A program made the position numbers and the translations under genes. 54,418 nucleotides of DNA from Chiloscyllium plagiosum (Eukaryota). This document shows positions 49,341 through 54,418 of the stretch, piece by piece. The stretch covers positions 4,960,321 to 5,014,738 of the forward strand of contig NC_057718.1 in the NCBI RefSeq assembly GCF_004010195.1, given 5' to 3'. The stretch's first letter is position 1; the number at the start of each line of letters is the position of its first letter. The notes under the pieces were generated by a model. That model made no database searches. It saw only the letters and a list, made by a program, of their open reading frames with translations, and was not told the DNA's origin.

Positions 49341-49917
49341 CTGCCCTGCTCTTTAATTGGTGGAGGATGTACCTGCCCTCCTCCTTAATTGGTGGAGGTT
49401 GTACCTGCCCTGCTGTTTAATTGGTGGAGGTTGTACCTGCCCTCCTCCTTAATTGGTGGAGGTTGTACCTGCCCTGCTGTGTAATTGGTGGAGGTTGTAC
49501 CTGCCCTCCTCCTTAATTGGTGGAGGTTGTACCTACCCTGCTGTTTAATTGGTGGAGGTTGTACCTGCCCTGCTGTGTAATTGGTGGAGGTTGTACCTGC
49601 CCTCCTCCTTAATTAGTGGAGGTTGTACCCTGGCCTGCTGTTTAATTGGTGGAGGTTGTACCTGCCCTCCTCTTTAATTGGTGGAGGTTGTACCCTGCCC
49701 TCCTCTTTAATTGGTGGAGGTTGTACCTGCCCTGCTGTGTAATTGGTGGAGGTTGTACCCTGCCCTGCTGTTTAATTGGTGGAGGTTGTACCCTGCCCTG
49801 CTGTGTAATTGGTGGAGGTTGTACCTGCCCTCTTTAATTGGTGGAGATTGTACCTGCCCTGCTGTGTAATTGGTGGAGGTTGTACCTGCCCTGCTGTGTA
49901 ATTGGTGGAAGTTGTAA
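49341..49917. repeat. 32-bp minisatellite (~18 units)
   Basis: Unit ttaattggtggaggttgtacctgccct(cctcc|gctgt). Confidence 0.97.
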
Positions 49918-50002
49918 CAGGCAGAGTTGTGTGCGGCAGTAAAGATATTTTCCTACAGTTGTACAGAACATCTAGGTGAGATCAGTACCGGTGTAATATG
50001 TA

Positions 50003-50708
50003 CAGAAACAAAAACAGAAGTTGCTGGAAAAGCTCAGCCAATCTGGCAGCATTTGTGACCAGAAATCAGAGTTAACATTTTGGGTCCAGTGATCGTTGAT
50101 GGTAGCTGGGGAAATGTCAGTCTATATGCAGAAGACAGGGTGAGGGGGTAAGGAGTAAACACTGGGTGGGGATAGAACCCAAAGAGAGAGAGAAGAACAG
50201 TTGGACAGACAAAGAAATGGATAACAATCTGGCTTGGAGGGTGATTAACTATTAATGGAGACTGTTAGTGGCTAACAATAGATGGTGTGTAATGGCGGAC
50301 TAAATGATAACAAGGAGAAAGTGAGGATGCTGGAGATCAGAGCTGAAAATGTTGCTGGAAAAGCGCAGCAGGTCAGGCAGCATCCAAGGAGCAGGAGAAT
50401 CGACGTTTCGGGCATGAGCCCTTCTTCAGGAATCTTCAGGCTCATGCCCGAAACGTCGATTCTCCTGCTCCTTGGATGCTGCCTGACCTGCTGCACTTTT
50501 CCAGCAACACATTTTCAGTAAATGATAACAGGGCCTTGTGTGTGTGGTTGGGTGCTGGGACACGGTGAGTTCAGGCCCTAAAAGTATTGAACTTGATATT
50601 GAGTCTGGAGGGCTGCAGGGTCCCCAAGCAGAAAATGAGGTTCTTCCAAGTTTGCACTGAGCTTCACTGGAGCACTGCAGCAAGCCTGAGACAGAGATGT
50701 TGGCCAGT
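50003..50708 (-). mobile_element. Penelope-like element 3' end (GIY-YIG C-terminus + pLTR)
   Basis: Minus strand ISVSGLLQCSSEAQCKL../LIFCLGTLQPSRLNIKFN. Confidence 0.85.
50313..50518. mobile_element. Young fold-back PLE element, family A, 12-bp TSD, intact hammerhead on minus strand
   Basis: TSD taaatgataaca at 50301-50312 and 50519-50530. Minus strand ctgaaga-agggctcatgccc-gaaacgtc (50402-50429). Confidence 0.93.
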
Positions 50709-50758
50709 ACCATGTAGTTTTGTCTTCTTATTTAGGGAAGGATTACTTGCCACAGAAG

Positions 50759-50897
50759 TTAAAAATCACACAACACCAGGTTAAAATCCAACATGTTTAA
50801 TTGGAAGCACTAGCTTTCGGAGTGCTGCTCCTTCATCAGGTGGTTGTGTGATTTTTAACTTTGTACACTCCAGTCCAACACTGGCATTTCCAAATCA
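50759..50897. mobile_element. Short PLE element, family B, 12-bp TSD
   Basis: TSD ttgcca(c/t)agaag at 50747-50758 and 50898-50909. Inverted gttaaaaatcacacaac / gttgtgtgatttttaac. Confidence 0.85.
50808..50842 (-). ncRNA. Minimal type I hammerhead ribozyme motif (family B, intact)
   Basis: cac-CUGAUGA-A-GGAG..CUCC-GAA-AGCU-A-gug. Stem I cac/gug, palindromic stem III AGCU. Confidence 0.78.
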
Positions 50898-50999
50898 TTG
50901 CCATAGAAGGATTGTAATGGAGGTTCATCAGATTTGTCCCCAGGACGTGGGATTGTATAATGACGAGAGAAGGAAGAAGCTGTCTCTGTAATCTCAAGC

Positions 51000-52030
51000 A
51001 CCGCCTGTTTACTGATACAAACCTCTTTCAGTTCCTCAGTTTAACAAGTCCCTTGTTAGCCTTGATTTTCCATATCTTTATCTGAGAAGATAAATATAAG
51101 TGATTGTTTTGTTTTTCAACCATTTCCCTGCTCTCTTGTACAAATTATCTTGTCCTCACCAGTAATGCATTCACATTTTTCTGAGTTAATGTTTTCCTTT
51201 TCACATAATTAAAGAAACTTTTACACTGCTTTTATGTTTCTCATTAGCCTGCATTCATATTCTCTTTTCCTTTTTAGTTTTCAGTTGCTTGGTGATTCAT
51301 TGCTGTGTTCTAAATTGTTCCTCATCCTCAGGCTTACCACTTTTTCTGGTGTCCTTATAAATTATTTCAATTGATTTAATTTGATATTTCACTTCCTTTT
51401 GTTATCCACAGTTCATTCAACTTTCACACTGTGGTTTGTGACTTGCAGCTATATATTTCTACTGTAGACCATGTAATCCCTCACTACATACTGCCACTGC
51501 CTGTCTACTTGAAATATTTTTGCATATTTTTCCAGTGAACCGTAGCCAACTTGCTGGTCATACCCTTGTAGTTTGAGAAGAAAAGTGTGGCAATGGAAAA
51601 AGCACAGCAGGTCAGGCAGCATCTGAGGAGCAAGGGAGTTGACATTTTGGGCATAAACCCTTCATCCTATATCCTCATAGTATCCCCACTTCAGATTTAA
51701 AACGTAAGCTTCAGAATGAACTGTGTTATATTCAGACTTAATGTGGAATTATACTATGGTCACTATCCCTAAGACGCCTTTTGCAGCAAGATTATGAATT
51801 AACTCCTTTTTATATGACATAACACAAAAACTAAAATAGCTTCATCCTTAGTTGGTTTTTCAACATGCTGTTCCAGGAATCAATCCTGTACAGTACCTAC
51901 AGTATTTGTGTTGATTTGGTTATTATGGTCTGTATGCAAATTAAAGTTTCCCAGCGTTACTGTATCACATATGTTATGTGGATCCCTAATTTTATAAATT
52001 ATACCATGCCTGACATTACCAGTACTATTT
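51000..52030 (-). mobile_element. Old CR1 ORF2 endonuclease/linker remnant with a PLE arm at ~51575-51667
   Basis: Minus strand VRHGII..IRD..TVTLGNFNLHTD..NQI. Confidence 0.65.
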
Positions 52031-52270
52031 GATTGCAAAAAACATTTTACAGTGATTTTTTTTCCTTCATTCAATCGCGGGATGAGGGCACCGCTATCTG
52101 GGATAACATTTATTGTCCATCCCAAATTGGCCAAATGGCAGTTCAGGGTCAACTCCATTGCTGTGGCCAAGTAGGCCAGACCAGGTCAAGGTAGCAGCTT
52201 CCTTCCTAAAAGGGCAGTAGTAATCCAGATGGGTTTTTCCAACAATCGACAATGGTTTCATGGTTGTTGT

Positions 52271-52765
52271 CAGAGAGACCGAGGGGTTCAGGTACATAGT
52301 TCTTTGAAAGTTGTGTCACAGGTGGACAGGGTGGTTAAGAAGAGGTTTAGAATGCTTGCCTTCAATGCTCAGACCATTGAGTATAGTAGTTGGGACATCA
52401 TGTCACGGTTGTACAGAACATTGGTGAAACCACTTTTGGAATACTGTGTACAGTTGTTGTCTCCCTGCTATAGGAAGGATGTAATTAAATTGGAGAGATT
52501 TAAGAAAAGATTTACCAGGATAGTGCCAGGAATGGAGGGTTTGAGTTGTAAGGAGAGGCTGAATAGACTGGGACATTTTTCTGGAGCATAGGAGGTTGAG
52601 GGGTGACATTATAGAGGTTTATAAAATCATGCCAGACATAGATAAGGTGAATAGCAAAGGTCTTTTCCCAAGGGGGGGAGGGGATGTTTTAAATGTGAGA
52701 GGAGAAAGATTTACAAGGGACCTGAGGGGCAACCTTTTCATGCAGAAGGTGGTTCATATGGGGAA
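52271..52765 (+). mobile_element. HER1 LINE fragment
   Basis: GVQVHSSLKV..LYRTLVKPLLEYCVQ..KRFTR peptide. Confidence 0.92.
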
Positions 52766-52780
52766 CGATGTGTATGTATA

Positions 52781-53172
52781 AAGTCCAACAGGTTTATTTG
52801 GAAGCACTATCTTTCAGAGTGCTGCTCCTTCATCACTGAGCTGTGGAGTGTAAGATCATAAGACACAGAACTTATAGCAAAAGATTGTAGTGTCATAGAA
52901 CATAGAACATTACAGCACAGTACAGGCCCTTTGACCCTCGATGTTTCGCCGACCTGTGGAACCAAGCTGAAGCCCATCTAAAAGATGAAAGACTGAACAG
53001 TCCAGGTTTGTTCAATATATCATTTCAGTTTCATGACACTGTAATCTTTTACTATAAATTCTGTGTCTTATGATCTTATACTTTATAGCTACATGATGAA
53101 GGAGCAGTGCTCCGAAATCTAGTGCCTCCAAATAAACCTGTTGGACTATAACCTGGTGTTGTTTGATTTTTT
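52781..53172. mobile_element. Fold-back PLE element, family B, with a CR1 3' end in the spacer
   Basis: ~115-bp inverted arms with decayed hammerheads; agaacatagaaca tail at 52897. Confidence 0.85.
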
Positions 53173-53184
53173 ATTAACCCCATG

Positions 53185-54061
53185 AAGTACATCCTGTATA
53201 CAAAAAGCAGGACAAATCCAACTCAGTCAATTACTGCCCCATCAGTCTACTCTTGATCATCAGTAAAGTGATGGAAGGTGTCATCAACAGTGCTATCAAG
53301 CAGCACCTGCTCAGTGACGCCCAGTTTGGGTTCTGCCAGGGCCACTCAGCTCCTGACCTCATTACAACCTTGGGTCAAACATGGACAAAAGAGCTGAATT
53401 TCAGAGGGGAGGGGAGAGGGACAGCCCTTAACATCAAGGCTGCATTCAGCCGAGTGTGGCATCAAAGACCCCTAGCAAAACTGGAATCAATGGATATCAG
53501 GGGGCAAACTCTCTCCTGGTTAGAATTACACCTGATATATAGGGAGATGGTTGTGGTTGTTGGAGGTCAGTTATCTCAGCTCCAGGACATCTCTGCAAGA
53601 GTTCCTTAGGGTAGTGTCCTAGGTGCAACCTTCTTCAGCTGCTTCATCAATGACCTTCCCTTCATCGTAAGGTCAGAAGTGGGGATGTTCGCTGATGACT
53701 GCACAAGTTCAGCACCATTCGTGACTCTTCAGATACTGAAGCAGTCCATGTTCAGGTACGCCAATATCCAAGCTTGGATGAAAATGTGTGGCAAATAACA
53801 TTTGCACCATACAATTGCCAGGCAGTGACCATCTTCAGTTAAAGAGAATCATCCCTTGGCATTTAATGGCATTACCATTACATTACCATGAATTCCCACT
53901 AAGGGGTACCATTGATAAGAAACCGTACTCACCATATAAATACAATGATTACAAGAGCAGGTCAGAGACTGAAAATCCTGCAGCGAGTGACTGACCTCCT
54001 GACTCCTGAGAGTCTGTCCACCATCTACAAGGCACAAGTCAGGAGTATGATGGAATACTGC
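53185..54061 (+). mobile_element. CR1/L2-group LINE RT fragment
   Basis: NYCPISLL..QFGFCQGHSAPDLIT..LNIKAAFSRVWH..FADD..YKAQVRSMMEY. Confidence 0.9.
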
Positions 54062-54418
54062 TTAAAAATGTGTTGCTGGAAAAGCGCAGCAGGTCAGGCA
54101 GCATCAAAGGAGAAGGAGAATCGACATTTCGGGCATAAGCCCTTCTTCAGGAATGAGGAGGGTGTGCCAAGCAGGCTAAGATAAAAGGTAGGGTGGAGGG
54201 ACTTGTGGGAGGGGCGTTGGGAATGCGATAGGTTAAGGTGAGGGTGATAGGCCGGAGAGGGGGTGGGGGCGGAGAGGTCGAGAAGAAGATTACAGGTCAA
54301 GAAGGCGGTGGTGAGTTCGAAGGTTGGGACTGAAATAAGATGCGGGGAGGGGAAATGAGGAAGCTGGAGAAATCTGCATTCATCCCTTATGGTTGGAGGG
54401 TTCCTAGGCGGAAGATGA
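54062..54418 (-). mobile_element. Penelope-like element 3' end (family A pLTR joined to GIY-YIG C-terminus)
   Basis: Minus strand IFRLGTLQP*GMNADFSSF, then ctgaaga-agggcttatgccc-gaaatgtc. This links family A arms to a coding PLE. Confidence 0.9.

Noticed and set aside
49341..49917. CRISPR-like ~32-bp periodicity
   Set aside because: No unique spacers and no cas genes, and the context is eukaryotic. It is a minisatellite.

Overview
This is vertebrate genomic DNA, almost certainly from a shark, judged by HE1-type SINEs, HER1/CR1 LINEs and a Deu-type SINE. Most of the 54 kb is nested transposon debris: CR1/HER1, L2, Rex1/Babar-like and Penelope-like retroelements, SINEs, a solo LTR, DNA-transposon fossils and two tandem arrays. 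There are two assembly gaps. I recognise no host protein-coding gene, and nearly all listed ORFs are TE fragments or their antisense shadows. The window looks like a very long intron or 5' region, with a few candidate regulatory islands and one candidate alternative first exon (MNNS + GT donor at 40564-40576). The most distinctive system is about 12 short fold-back (inverted-repeat) insertions derived from at least 3-4 Penelope-like families. Most carry minimal hammerhead-ribozyme motifs at the inversion centre, and eight have readable 10-15 bp target-site duplications. Also notable are three apparent locally templated duplications and a heavily decayed hAT transposase missed by the ORF track. 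All family names come from motif recognition by eye, not database searches, and TE boundaries are approximate.
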